DNA of 64,000 bases. Source: the human T2T-CHM13v2.0 reference genome, Homo sapiens. Position numbers and translations under genes: made by a program. The stretch lies in assembly GCF_009914755.1 (NCBI RefSeq), contig NC_060928.1, one strand, 5' to 3'. Positions within the stretch are counted from its first letter, which is position 1. Each line of letters starts with the position of its first letter. The notes under the pieces are model-generated. The model saw only the letters and a program-made list of their open reading frames with translations, was not told where the DNA came from and did no database searches. Shown in pieces: positions 12,053-27,713 of this stretch.

Positions 12053-13799
12053 GTAATCAGGCATATACGCACAAGCTGATAAGGCAAGATGATAAAACGG
12101 TAAGTATCAAGAAAGGGACAGACATAACTGCTCCTGCACTCAGCAGTGCAAAAATTAACAATCTGTTTACTGGATTTTCTAAGGCTTCATGAAGGAGTTG
12201 AGACAGAATTTAAACCTACAAGATGAGATAGCTAAATGGAGGGGATTCGGTACAACATATACAATTATGTTGAATGTCAAACTGCTTCTCATCCCACATA
12301 TTAATTGCAGAGCAGAGTTTTTACTTTTTTTTCCATCAATGTTATATTTAACTTAATCATCCCCAAATCTACATTGGTCTTCTCCCCTTTTGAGTGTTTA
12401 TGACCCCAATTGCTTAAATTCCCCCCAGTGTACAGGTGAAGAATGACAAAGGCATTGCCTATCCTGTGTGAATCTAGTAAACCTCTGTCTACCAGACTTT
12501 GATAATTGTCTGGGCTCTACCCTTGGCACACCATTCTTTGTACTCTACATTTGCTCTTTGAGAAATACCAGTCATCTCTAATGTTTGCTAGAATTGACTC
12601 CTAAACCATATTCTAAGCGATTGTGTTGAGCCTTGACATCTCTTTTGGAAACCAGGCCCTTCTTTCCAACAACTGGACATGGCCACTTGGATCTCCCTAT
12701 TTCTTCTTTGGACTCTGAAGCTCACCCTCTCTAAGAGTGCTAATACAACATTTGTTCTATTTCATTTCTATTAGATACTTAAATGTGTATCTGCCTTGAG
12801 AGTTTGGACTGTGTTTTAATCAATATTGGATCATTAGGGCCTTTTCTTGTATCTGACATTTTCCAATGAATACTATTGAATGGAAATGGCTGTTGCTTTT
12901 CATTCCCTGTTCTATCATTTGCCCCTGCCAACTCTTCTTATTCTTGTCTTTGACTAGAGATGACAGATACTCCCAGGATTTTAAAGGTCATTTAAACATC
13001 GTCTTTAAGCAACAGACAGAATCTTCCCCCTACAGGGAGTTCAATGGAGAGCCGTCTATTGTTCAATTTTCGGTATCAAGCTAACTCAGAAAGGGAAGAA
13101 TCACCCCTGTATCTCCGCTTTCCCATTTTTCTAGCATGACAGTCTACATAAGAGTTTTTAGTTTATGACTTTGTCTCTCTCAGTCTTCTCTCCTGCCAGT
13201 GACTGCAGTCTGACCTCCGTTAGCTTTTCTTCAATCTGTTTTACAAAATCACTCTGGCATTCTATTTTCATCTTTGTTTTCCAGTGTCTAAACCGCTGAA
13301 GCTGTGACCTTTCAAGCAAATGTAGCAATGGTACCAGCGCATCCTCTGATTGAAAAATAAAAAGTGAGCCCATAGGTAGTATAATTATTCTGTGTGTGCA
13401 GGAGTGGTGTCTGCACTTGCAGAAGGCAGATAATTGGATTTCAGATTATTGTTAAAAATATGCACATTCCACCTGAGCCCTAGCAGTTTCTTTTTTCTGG
13501 GACCCTAGAGAAACTTGAAACTTCCATTCTTCTATAAGTTCTTATCCATATACAATTGGCTTCTGGGTCCTACCTGTTCTATCCCCTGGAAGTCGCTAGC
13601 CCACTCTTTATTCTTCATTTTTTCTGTCTCCAGAATGCTTTCTACTGCTCCAGTACTCGCCACCATTATAATCCATCTGGACAGTCTGAAACTATCTTCT
13701 TGTTTCCACCCTTGACCTTCTTCCCTCCATCTTCCACACACTTCCTAGAATTACCACAAGATTCTATCTAGTTGGGCTTTTCCTTCAAACTTGTCAATG

Positions 13800-14120
13800 A
13801 AACCTTTTAGCCCACATACAGTCTTTTAAAATTTAAATCAATTAACAACATTGAAAAATCAGAATATGTCCGTTAAAATGAGATTTTTTACTTAACAGTT
13901 CTAGCAGTTCTAGGCCACCATTCCTATACAGTCACAATTAGCTGGAGCTGACTAGTAGCTGCCTCATAAGGAAAGGACAGAAGCTGTTCCTGTTGCCATG
14001 GTCTGTCCCCCTCACTATTGTTAACATTTTGACATCACCTTGGGTGGGGTCATTTATCATGGTGCTGATATATCACCAGAAGACTTCACTCATTTACAGG
14101 CTGGCTGGTTCCTGGAGACC
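13800..14120 (+). mobile_element. hAT-Charlie (MER102-like) relic
   Basis: cacaattagctggagctgactagtagctgcc and ccccctcactattg motifs; heavily diverged. Confidence 0.45.
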
Positions 14121-14299
14121 GTGTGGACTCTACTCTATATCTTATTAGATGTAGGGATGCCAGAATAATAACTAATAAGTACTCAGAGCTACATTTGAGG
14201 GATAATCCCAAATGGGGATTAAATTTATTTGAGGGTTCCTGTAGATGAATATAAAGTTGTGAGTGGCTCTCTTTACAGAAATTTTAGTAAACATCTTAT

Positions 14300-16187
14300 T
14301 GATGCCAGTGGCAGCCCATCTGGAGTGGCTGCTGCCATGATGCCGCATGCAGCGGGAGAGGACTGGCCGGGGCTGCCACCATGGAGTCAGCAAAAGCCAG
14401 GAACAGGCGGAAGCTCCACCCCCTTCTGAGTTGGCAGGGCAGGAGCCTTGCACTCCCCAGGTGCAGCTGTGGCACCCAGCTGTGGCTGCAGACCTGGGCA
14501 TGCCTGTGCACCTGGGGGCTGGAAGTAGGCAGGAGCCCCACCTTCCGGGGCACACCTACAGCTGCCCAATCTGTGGCTGTAAATCTGAGCATCTCTGCAC
14601 TCTCAGGAGCCCTGGAAGCCCTCCCCTTCCACTGCCTGGCCTCTTCCTACTCCAAGCACTTGAGGGTGCCTGCTCCTTCTGCCTGGCCTTTCCCCACTCC
14701 AAGCGCCCACTCCAATCTCAGAGCAAAGTGGAGGCTGAGCCTGAGTGCTGTCACAACCTGGCTAGGTATGTGCACTCTTGGGGCAGCACTGACACACCAG
14801 CCCCCTGCTGCCTTGGACTCCTCCAGACTTTGGGCACCGAGGAGCATGGGATGGAGGCCAAGGGCAGCTCAGAGCTGGCCTGCTGGCACCACTCAGCACA
14901 AACAGTCTTGGCATCATGAACAGTGGCAGGAGGCAGATAGGCTCCTGGGTGGAAAGACACAGGTGCCTGGTGAAGCCCCACCTTCAAGTGGGGAAAGGCC
15001 TGAAGCCTGGGGGCAAGGCTACCAGTTCTGCAGAGTGGGAACTTATGTTTTTTCTGGGCCTACCCATGGCCTTACATGAACCAATCAGCATACACTTCCT
15101 CTCCTTTGAAGTCCATACAAACCCCAGAACTCAGCCAGATTCAAAAAGAGATGACATGACCACCAGCTGCAGAAAGGAGCTACCTACCCCCAGGGTCTCC
15201 TCTCTGCTGAGAACTAAAAAGAGATCACAAGATGATCAGCTGTGGAAAGGAGCTATGCATGCCAGGGTCTCCTCTGCTGAGAGCTGAAAAGAGATGACAG
15301 GACCACCAGCTGTGGAGAGGAGCTACCCACACCAGGGTCTCCTCTCTGCTGAGAGCTGAGAAGATGATGGAATGACCAGTTGTAGACAGGAGCTACCCAC
15401 CAGGGTTTTCTCTCTGCTGAGAGGTGAGAAGACAATGGAAAAATGGACCTGTGGAGAGGAGCTAACCACTCCAGGGTCACCTCTCTGCTGACAGCTGAAC
15501 ACTCGTCAGGACACCCTGCCTGAGGAAAGGAGCTACCCACTGTGGGTCTCCTCTGAGCTGTTTTATAACTCAATAAAGCTCCTCTTTGCCTTGCTCACTC
15601 TCCACTTGTTTGCATACTTCATTCTTCCTGGCTGCAGGACAAGAACTCAGGTTCTGCTGAATGGCAGGGCTGAAAGAGCTGTAACACAAAAAGGGCTGAA
15701 ACAACCCCCTTGCTCGCCACATTGCAGGCAACAGGGAGAGAAGGGCAGTGGCCCTTCAGGGAGCCCAGACTTAGCTCCCAAGCCAGGGCTGTGACACCCT
15801 CTTTGGGGTTCTGCAGTTTCTGGTCTCTCCAAGCTTCTGAATGCCACCACATTCCCCAGTGCCAGCTGTGGAAGCTGCTTGCTGTACACCTGGTCCAGCA
15901 GCAGCCTCACAGGGAGGTGGCACCCGTGATGGTGCCTGGAGCTGCCCACCCCACCGCAGCCAGCATGCTTGGCTGCGCACAGTGGCTGGACCCCATGCTC
16001 ACTCACTCACACAACCCTCACCACTTCAGTCACCCTTGGCAGATATGGGATCCAGGCTGGTAGCATGAGCTGAGCTCAGCCTGCCAGGTCAAGAGGGCCC
16101 AGTGGGCAAGAGCAAAACTCAGGCAAAGGCGCCACTGGCCACAGAAGTTTCCAGCTGGTGAAGTGACACCCCAAGGATCTCATAACA
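14300..16187 (+). mobile_element. MER52-family ERV1 solo LTR (~1.9 kb)
   Basis: TG...CA termini flanked by a 4-bp TSD TTAT (14296-14299 / 16188-16191). Starts tgatgccagtggcagcccatctggagtggctgctgcc and ends ccccaaggatctcataaca. GC-rich, CCAAT at 15081, AATAAA at 15572. Confidence 0.92.
15158..15560 (+). repeat. ~6 x ~70-bp tandem array inside the MER52 LTR
   Basis: Repeated ccagctg..aggagctacc..ccagggtctcctctctgctgagagctga units. Confidence 0.9.
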
Positions 16188-17283
16188 TTATCAAGTTTTG
16201 TCACGGTCACTTCTATAATTGGATATTTTCAGTGTGAAAGAGAACAAAGAAGAAAAATGGCTAGGAAAAAGTTTAATTTCTTGATAGCTCTAAGAAGTGC
16301 TTTTCTTGTCATTTTCTGGATTGATTACTAGCACAAGATAAAATGAAAGTGTCTCGGCTTTCTCTGAAATGAAATTTAGCTTAAAACTCTAGTGGCCCAA
16401 TTTCTGCCTCATTTCATTCCCTAACTCTCCATGGAGTTTACATAGAAATTATGGTTATGCGATGAAGAATTCAACTCAAAAGGTTCACTGTAATATTACA
16501 ATAAAAATTACTTTTACAAGCACATTGGCATTTTTAATATATTTAGTTTATAATAAGGTACCACCAAAATAAAGTTAAAAGCAAGGTAACTTGCCATCAC
16601 TCCTAATTGTGTGTGCTTTTTAGACAAAATTTTAACACAGCTTAAAAATTTTCTCATAAATCAAAATCAATTAATTTCCTTTTTAACAGTATTTAGGAAA
16701 TCCTACTGATTACTGTTTTAAGACAACTTATTTTCCTAAAGTTATTGTGGCTGTTAGCTGAAACCACAGTATCCTAAGATATACTCATATAGAGTATTAA
16801 TTGTTTATAGTTCTTAGGCTCCAAATTTAGAAAACACAGGAAATTTAGAAAAACAAACATGATGTTATAATAAAACTGTGTGGGAGTAAAGAAGAGATGG
16901 GAATCTATAGGATTATCCAACCCTCAAAGCAAAATCAGACACAAGGAAGATCCTCGAAATCACTGCTCTTAGATAAGGGAATTTTATCAGACATAGGACA
17001 TAAGACCAAAAAGAGTAACTGTGAGTAACAAACTTCAGCCAAAGATAAATAAACAATCTTCCAGCAACTTGCCACAAGTTGCTGAACTAGTCATCCCTAT
17101 GCACACTTGGCAAAGGGCAAGACATTTCCAGATTTTTTGTGGAAGCAGGCAGAATGGTCGAGAGAGACAGACACTTGACTTCCCTTCATCGCTGTCCTGC
17201 TATCCTTTTGAGGACCCTTTCACCTGGCTTAACTGGCCTGTAAGGTATTGTTAGACTAACCACTTCTTAAGAATAGTGCTCTC

Positions 17284-17563
<280 letters not shown>

Positions 17564-17654
17564 CTAAAGAATCATGTCAAATGGTCTACTTCTGCAACTA
17601 GAGAGTACAGCTATCAATTAGTGTCTGAATGGAGTTTAAAAAATTGATTCAGAA

Positions 17655-17953
<299 letters not shown>

Positions 17954-17986
17954 AACTGATTCAAAAGGGTATTGAACCAAACATAA

Positions 17987-18353
<367 letters not shown>

Positions 18354-19214
18354 TAGAAGAGTTTAAAATGTTTCATATTTGAGATGACTATAATTTTAAA
18401 TGTTATGACTTTTTTCCCATTTTTGCTAAAAGAATATAATTATTTTATCTCACCTAAATATGCTTAAAAAGAAATTTGATACTTGAACAGTGGAATTTGA
18501 ATTCTGAGATCTCTTAAAACACTTTTAAGATAATTGGCTTATCATTAGACTCAGATTTCTACTGACACTAAAAAAAAAAATCAGATACAACATTTTGTTT
18601 TTAAAGGACATTTAGAGCCCAGATCTCAACATGGATGCTTGTATACACAATTGAAGTTATACACATAGCCTATGTAGTTGTATAGATATACACGTGACAT
18701 AACTATGCCTCCAATAATGTGCTAGTGTCACAGTCTACAAATATTCATTCTTTTATTTTGCTAAATCTTGAAACTGATTAATTTCTTCCCTTATAGAAAA
18801 TTCTGAAATTTTTTTCTTACCCCCAAAACTGCCTGTTCCTCCCACCCAGTCAACAGCCACTCCATTCAAAAACTCTCAGTGCTACAAATGGCAACTATAT
18901 TTTCCAGAGCAGAACAAACTATTCAAGAATATCAAAAATGGGGCAGTTGTCAGATGTATATAGATATTAAAGATTGAGTATTTTGTCATCAATTATTCAA
19001 GGTGTAACATCCTAGAACTTAACTCATCTCTTCAATAATTTCACATGCTCATTCTAGCAAGGCTTTTCATATTTCAAATATTACAAAGTATAACTTATTT
19101 CCTTAAAGATGTTTTTCAAGTATAACCACACAATGGGAGTTAACAGAACTCACTGGTTTCAAGGGATATGAATTTTTTGGTAAATTTATATAATAATTCA
19201 ATTTAAAAAGTCAA

Positions 19215-20150
<936 letters not shown>

Positions 20151-20209
20151 GCATGCTTAGTGTCCGTCCATAGGCAACAGAAACAGAGGGAGACCACAGG
20201 CAGGACCTC

Positions 20210-20505
20210 ATCAATTCTTCAACAAATATTGTTATTTATTTCCTCGTGCCAGGCATAGTCCTAGATGCTGACAATATAACTCAGAATAAAATAAAATTCT
20301 CTGTTCTAAGGGAGCTTAAGTTCTCATCAAAAGAGATAAGAATACATAAGTAAAATACAATCAAATGATGGTAACTGCCACAAAGATAAAAAGGCAGGAA
20401 AGGAGAATAGGGAATGCTGATGGGTAAAAGCACAGCAGAGGGGTGGTAGTTTTCAGTATAGCAGACACACAAAGCTTCATCGAGAAAGTGACATTTAAGT
20501 AAGGG
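20210..20505 (-). mobile_element. L2 3' region relic
   Basis: caacaaatatt, gtgccaggcatagtcctagatgctg, gagaaagtgacatttaag. Confidence 0.6.
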
Positions 20506-20599
20506 AAGGGCTGTATTTGTCTTGATCACTGATGATTCCCAGCCAGATGGTAGGTGTTCAAGAAATATTTGTTAAATGAATACGTAAACAGAATTAAGG

Positions 20600-20909
<310 letters not shown>

Positions 20910-21279
20910 TCACCTTAAGTGATTTTTTTTCCCATACTTTGGTACTGTTAATACCACCAGTTTCATCATCATCGCCAACAATAAGGGCAAAAAAATTAAG
21001 TGTTCATACTACTATTTTTGCTGATGTGGCAAAAAACAAAAAAACTGTTATTCTATGAAGTCGTTATTCTTCATCAAAAGCAATCCAGAATTATTTCAGG
21101 TAATTCCTAGGCAGCTTTTGGTAAGTGTGTTATCCATATATATGGCTAATAAATTCCACGGATTGAATTTTTTTTTTTTTTTTTGGCAGATGGTCTATTT
21201 AGAAAGAGGTCAGCAGATAGAAATAGACAGAAAAAACTATTTTAAAAATTCCTGGATGAGGTAGATAGCAACAGCATTC

Positions 21280-21740
21280 TGCTTCCTGGCCTGTGGGAAT
21301 GAGTATGTCACATAAACCTGAACCGTCAAATATGTACTATCCCCTCTCAATTTGTAGGTAAGGGGATGGCTTCATTAACCGAGTAAGGACAATCAGTGCC
21401 CTGCCGCTATTTTTGATAGATAGATGGGGAGGGGGAAGGTATTGCTTCTCTTTTCTGAGGAAGGAAGAGAGGAACACAACAAATAGGACAATGCTAGAAT
21501 CCGTCTTACCCAATGCATGAAGAGAATGAGGCCAGACCCAAAGCAAGGCAGTGACACACAGGGCTTAGAGCAGGAGAAGAAATGGAGAAACAAAAAGTAG
21601 AAAGGAGAAAAAAGGGAAAAAGAACCTTCATGATCTTGCTTGAGCTCCTAGATCCAACCATACCTGCAACTATCCCCACAGATCCATTTCCTCTATTAGC
21701 TGTGAAAGTTGAAATTGGTCTCTGAGCTTTGTCACTAAAA
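21280..21740 (+). mobile_element. Old MLT1-type MaLR LTR relic
   Basis: gacaatcagtgccc, tgagctcctagatccaaccatacctg, ttggtctctg..tttgtcact; heavily diverged. Confidence 0.45.
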
Positions 21741-23220
21741 CTGGCCTATGAACATATTTACAAAATAAAGGATTATCTATTATATGTGAAGAGGCTAAGG
21801 TGTCTCGGTTTTCCTTGGCAAATGCAAATATTAAACAACCTACAATTATAATTTGCTTTAACACAAAACAATTAGTCTTTGATTTTCCTGTAATATACTA
21901 ATGAAGACCTGAAGTAATGTTTTTCCACGGTAGAAATGTAATAATTCTATGAAACTCTGATGAATAGTGACTTTGTTACATGACTAGCATCAGATTAATA
22001 TTTCCACATTCCCATGAACTCATTGTCATAATATAATAATCCAAAGATGGGTTATAGTTTTCAGCACACTTTCTCACTATGAGATGGCTAAACTGCTTAA
22101 ATTCCATTTTTGCTGCGTCTTAGTTAATTTCCATGGATAATACTGCAATATATTCTGCATAAACCCAAAATATTCTCAAACGTTTATAAGCAAGGGAAAC
22201 ACAATAGGTAACATAGATTATTTTATTTATTATCAAGGATATTCACAAGATCACATTTTATTTTGTCTCATACTGATACAAACATGCTTCTCCATAACAA
22301 CCAGGTTTTTAGGACCATTTCATTTTTGCATGTGTGCTTTAAGAAAACTGGATTGGACATGATAATGCCCTATATGAAAAAGCAATGAGAAGATGTTCAT
22401 TTGTGTGACTCATCAAAACTGCCAGACTGAAAAATCTCAGGATTCCTCCAGTTATTAGATATCTGTCATACATGTTCAGTCCTGGGATTCCAGAAAATAA
22501 AAGGATTAGAACAAGGTATATATTTTTCAATTGATGAGGGATAAGAAATATTTCCTTCCCTCTCTCATACATCTACTTTTATCCACATGTCTGGTATCGA
22601 GAAAAGGGTGCCAGGGCTAGAATTTAGATTTGTCAAAAAGAAAGAGCTCCCAGAATCCCTCATAGTGAACACCAGATCCTTATGCAAAACTCCAAAGTCC
22701 CATGAAGACTGGTTGACAAAAGCAATTTTAATTACCTTCCAGTGAAATAAAAGAGAGAAAGAATGCTGGGTAATAGGCATAAATGCGGAAAATTGGGTTT
22801 CCTACCAGACATATGCAGAAGCAGCAAGCAACTCAGTTCAGCACATGCCACATGCTGATGATCTGGACATTGACAAGATGATGCTGAAATAAACTAGATG
22901 ACTGAAATAAAGTTAAAAAGAAATATCACCACTTAGTGATGGAACTCCATGCATGGTCCCAAGGAGCTATAAGAGAATATTGCCTCTCTTTTTTTTTCTG
23001 CTGTTTCATACTTGAAGAATTTAAGTCAAATTTTAAAAAAAAGCTCATTGATGAGAAGAGAGAAAAAAATCCTAAATAACAAATAACTTTCTTTTCAAGA
23101 TGATAATTTATCTGTTTGACTTCTGAAAGATAGATCCCCATAGGAAGCAAAAGATGATTCAGTGGTTCACTCACCATTCATGATCACTTCCATCATCAAT
23201 AAAAACAAACACAAACAAAC

Positions 23221-23363
23221 AAAAAAAAAAAGAAGAAATAAGTGGGTGAGGAAGGGAGGAAGAAAGGAAAGGAGGAAGGGGAAAGGAAAGGATAGAACAA
23301 GACAGGATAGGACAAGAGAGAAAAGGAAAGGAAAGGAAAAAGGAAAAGTACAAGGAAAAAGAA
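23221..23363 (+). repeat. Purine-rich low-complexity tract (GGAAA/GGACA-like)
   Basis: About 140 nt that are almost entirely A or G. Confidence 0.9.
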
Positions 23364-23429
23364 ATCAGCCTGACTCATAATGTTGTACTGATTTCTGAAT
23401 TTCACATCAAAATATGACAAATGAGACTC

Positions 23430-23757
<328 letters not shown>

Positions 23758-23798
23758 AACAAATGAGACTCCTTTAAAACAACTAGAAAGGTTTCAAT

Positions 23799-23862
23799 CA
23801 TACATTTGCCACCATATATATATATATGGTGTCTCATATATATATATGGTGGCAAATGTATG
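23799..23862. repeat. Perfect 27-bp inverted repeat with a 10-nt spacer
   Basis: CATACATTTGCCACC(AT)6 at 23799-23825 is the exact reverse complement of 23836-23862. Confidence 0.95.
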
Positions 23863-24666
23863 CTATATATATATTATATATATGGCATCTATCTATGAAG
23901 TGACTTTGATGAACTTAATAAAAAATAAATCTCAATACAAAAATAAATGCAACAAGACTAGAAGAGTTATTTCAGAAATGATTGCCACGGCTGCACTGTG
24001 GATTTAAATAAAGCTTGCAGAGTTGCATTCCTATGGCTTGGTAATTAAAATAATTCATTTTTTCTAAATGTTATAAAAACATACAGATAATCAGCAGCTT
24101 AAATTGAAATTGGTGCAAACACTGAGACTTTGCACATCTTCTCTGGATTCAGGCAAATCACAGCAAGTCTTCTCCATTTGCACAACTAACTGAAATTTGT
24201 TATGTAAAATTGCCTTCTCCACTTCTCTGAGGAGGACCAGGGTCAAGCTCTGTTTATTCAGGGGAAAAAGCAGAAAGCAGCTCCACTACCATAAATAAAC
24301 CTGTTGTCTTTTGCCATAATATCTGTAGGGAGTTGCTGCTCCCATTCATAGGACAGGCGCCCCAAATGAGGTACAGTCTGGCCATGAAATGTAGAAGGAA
24401 TTAGTAAAGACAGTCTCTTCTGATTTTCTGATTTTTAGGAATCTACACTTAAAGAGTAGGAATGGTCACGTGCATAATGCATACAAGACACTAGAAGAGA
24501 AAGGAAAAGCAGGTATAAAGTATGCTGTCCTTATCCATGCACATCGACAATGACAACAAAGTACTTGGTCCATAAATACTGGTCAAACTGTATTTCTGTT
24601 TCAGAAAAATGTAAAACTCTCAATCTAATTCCACACCTATTCAAAGTGAATTCCATAGTTCAGCCT

Positions 24667-24669
<3 letters not shown>

Positions 24670-24697
<28 letters not shown>

Positions 24698-24980
24698 GAG
24701 ATGGAGTCTCGCTCTGTCGCCCAGGCTGGAGTGCACTGGTGCTATCTCTCAGCTCACTGCAAGCTCCGCCTCCCAGGTTCACGCCATTCTCCTGCCTCAG
24801 CCTCCCCAGTAGCTGGGACTACAGGTGCCCGCCACCATGCTCAGCTAATTTTTTGTATTTTTAGTAGAGACAGGGTTTCACCGTGTTAGCCAGGATGGTC
24901 TCGATCTCCTGACCTTGTGATCCAACGGCCTCGGCTTCCCAAAGTGCTGGGATTACAGGCGTGAGCCACCACGCCCGGCC
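24670..24980 (-). mobile_element. AluY
   Basis: gcaagctccgcctccc, ccgtgttagccaggatggtctcgatctcc, long T tail; TSD AG[T/C]TCAGCCTGGA. Confidence 0.97.
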
Positions 24981-26319
24981 AGCTCAGCCTGGAATTCTAA
25001 TGCTTCAACTTTAGTGTTAATTTGTATCAGAATTAAATTTAAGTTTGTGTCTTTCTTGCTAAATTGTATTAAAAATTGTACTCTAAACCAAGATCTGCCT
25101 CCATGACATATTGCAAATACTAGAGGTGCAATAAACTGTTGAATTTAATGTAATGAATTCAGTGCAACAATTTGAAGGAAAGGTTCATTTAAGTAAATCA
25201 CCCAATGTAGAAGTAGAAATGAGTCTCACTTTTCATAAAAAAATTTGCCAGAGGGGGTGGGGTGCTGTAGAAAGCAAGTATACCAACTTTCTGCTCATAA
25301 AGTCTTGATATGAATTACTAGAGTCAGAGTTAGTTTGCAAATTATCTACTACTACATTCTCTGTCTCTGGAGTCCAAAACGTGCACAATACTGGACAGCA
25401 GCTTCTACAGACCAGTAGCGTTCTTCCAGTTCCTTAAAACAGATCACACTAGAGGTTAGGACAGGATTGACTTCTGCAGGGCAAAGGATCACTGATGAAG
25501 CTAGTCACTGAGTTTTCTCAAGACAGAAAGCAGAGATGCTGGAGCATCCCATAGCACAAGCCACAACCAGGCCAAAACCTCTACATGGAAAAACGGTTCT
25601 CACCAAATCAATTGAGCAAGTGAGAATCCTCTAAACCACAGAAACAATAGTTACAGGAATCCCTCAAATTTAATAACATATTCTAAATAAATCTTTTCAT
25701 CAATATCAATCTTCTTAATCTTTTTAGAGCCATGTTTTCATCACAGTGAGCCAATAAAACAAAAGCATTTGTACCTTCTAATTTACAGAGATGGTCTTTT
25801 TTAAAAAGATGTCCAAATGATCTTCAAGAATCCTTTCGGGTCATTCTAGTGCACCCTATATTTTTGTCAGTTACCTTAGTTTTAAAATCATCCTTCACTG
25901 TAATAACAAAAAAAAGAATGAGAATTCCTTATCTAGCCAAAAATATTTGCCGACCTAGAAGTCTTGCTTGAATTGCTCCTAGTATAACCAGAGGGCAAGG
26001 GATAATTAATCTTTTCAGTCTCTGAAATCCTATGGATAGCATTTTCATGTGTATTCAGTAACCTAAACTCACAAAGGCCAACATCAGAACACATTCATTC
26101 CTGACCACCATTGACAAAATAGCATAGATATTTTATTGAAAGTTTAGGGCTTGAGAACAATAAAATGGGATTATCAAAAACTGTACTATTTCCAATAACC
26201 CAAAGTTATTTTATCAAGGGGATGTACACATTACGCATTTTATATGTGTATATTGTACCCCATAAATATGTACAACTTTTATCTATAATAACTAAAAATT
26301 AAAATTTAAAAAAGAGGTT

Positions 26320-26545
26320 GTATAGGCTTAGAGTGGAACCTGATAGCCTAAATGTATGACTAAGTCTGCTACTGATCGCTGCTATGACACCGTTTTCAAA
26401 AGACCTAACTTCTACACCTCTTGGTTTCTTTATCAGTAAAATAGAAGTAAGAATAGTAGCAACCTCTAGTATTTGATAGCTAACACTAAGGTACTTGAAA
26501 GAGTGTCTGGCTCATAGGCACCCAGTTAAATGCTAACTATTGTTA
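26320..26545 (+). mobile_element. MIR relic preceded by a short L1 3' tail fragment
   Basis: tttctttatcagtaaaatag, cttgaaagagtgtctggctcatagg; taccccataaatatgtacaac just upstream. Confidence 0.55.
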
Positions 26546-27641
26546 CTGAATCTAATTCTATTTCCTCAAGGAAACACAGATGTGCTGACATCCTTAAAAC
26601 GTAGTAATTGACTGTCGATTTGGAGATAATGAGAATCCATCCTGAAACACATTTCAGGAAATACAATTTAGAAAACATTTACAAAGGCAGGTGGTATAGA
26701 CCATGGGGTGGCTTCATATCACGCCTCCAGAACATAATGCCATAAAGAAAAAAACCCATTGGAACTGATCTTTCTTTGACCACATATTTACACGACAGGT
26801 TGATAGCAAAAGGTGTTTATAAAATAGGCTGACGGCAACAGGATTATTTGTTAAAATGTTCTCACTGGGAAAACCAGTAGAAGTTCCAAAATAAGCCTGA
26901 GGAGAAGCACCTCTTCACTTTCTCAGAACACTGAAAACCCTGTAACCTAAGTTGACCCTATCTATTCCAATCTTATGGGGTCATGGGTTTCTTTAATATC
27001 CAAGCAACTTGACCCCATTCTCTATCCTATTTGCTTGAGGGACGTCCTGCACTGCTGCTATTATTTTTGAGCATCCTGGGGGAGGGAGCCTCGATTTTCT
27101 TATCATTTCTACCCCAATTTTCTCCTCCCAGCTAGATCCTCATTGCTCTGTACACCATCCTGTGGTCCTCTTATAGCTCCTTGACTCAGCCCATGTGTGG
27201 AGTATGGAGAACTCCTTTTCCTTTATTCTCCAGAGCACATCCTCTACCCAGTAGGCTCCTAGAAGGTTGAGAATGACACCTGAGGTAGAATCCAAAACAA
27301 AACCGAATCTAAATTGCATTATTTGACACTTTTAAGTTTCTGGGCCTTCCTGTCTTCAAGGTTTTCTTTCTTACTATTCATTCTCCTCCTAGGTCTCAAC
27401 CTGGGCCACGATCCTTCTAAAAACCTTTCAAGTCCCCTATTTCTTCCCAAATTCCAGGGCCCCAGACTTTGTTGAACAGCCAGGGTCAACCTAAATTCCC
27501 TGTTCCTGTATTATGCAAAACAATTCTTTTCGTTCTCTCTTATGTTTTCACTTTTAGGAATTTTTTTTCCTTTAGGGCTTACGCTTGTTTAATATCTCTC
27601 TCTCTTGCTCTTCCCCCCCACCGCCACATAGAGAGATAAGG

Positions 27642-27704
<63 letters not shown>

Positions 27705-27713
27705 TAGATAGAT
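27642..27713 (+). repeat. Compound tetranucleotide STR (AGAT)10(AGAC)5(AGAT)3
   Basis: Counted directly from the sequence. Confidence 0.97.

Noticed and set aside
15158-15560. Regularly spaced repeats resembling a CRISPR array
   Set aside because: The units are degenerate tandem copies without unique spacers, inside an LTR in primate DNA, with no cas genes.
14172-16068. Dense cluster of long ORFs (up to 232 aa)
   Set aside because: All lie wholly or mostly in the GC-rich MER52 LTR, where stops are rare. They overlap on both strands and have no recognisable domain.
25100-26000. Partial CTCF-like cores (tactagaggtgc, accagagggc)
   Set aside because: Matches are incomplete and expected by chance; they cannot be supported without ChIP data.
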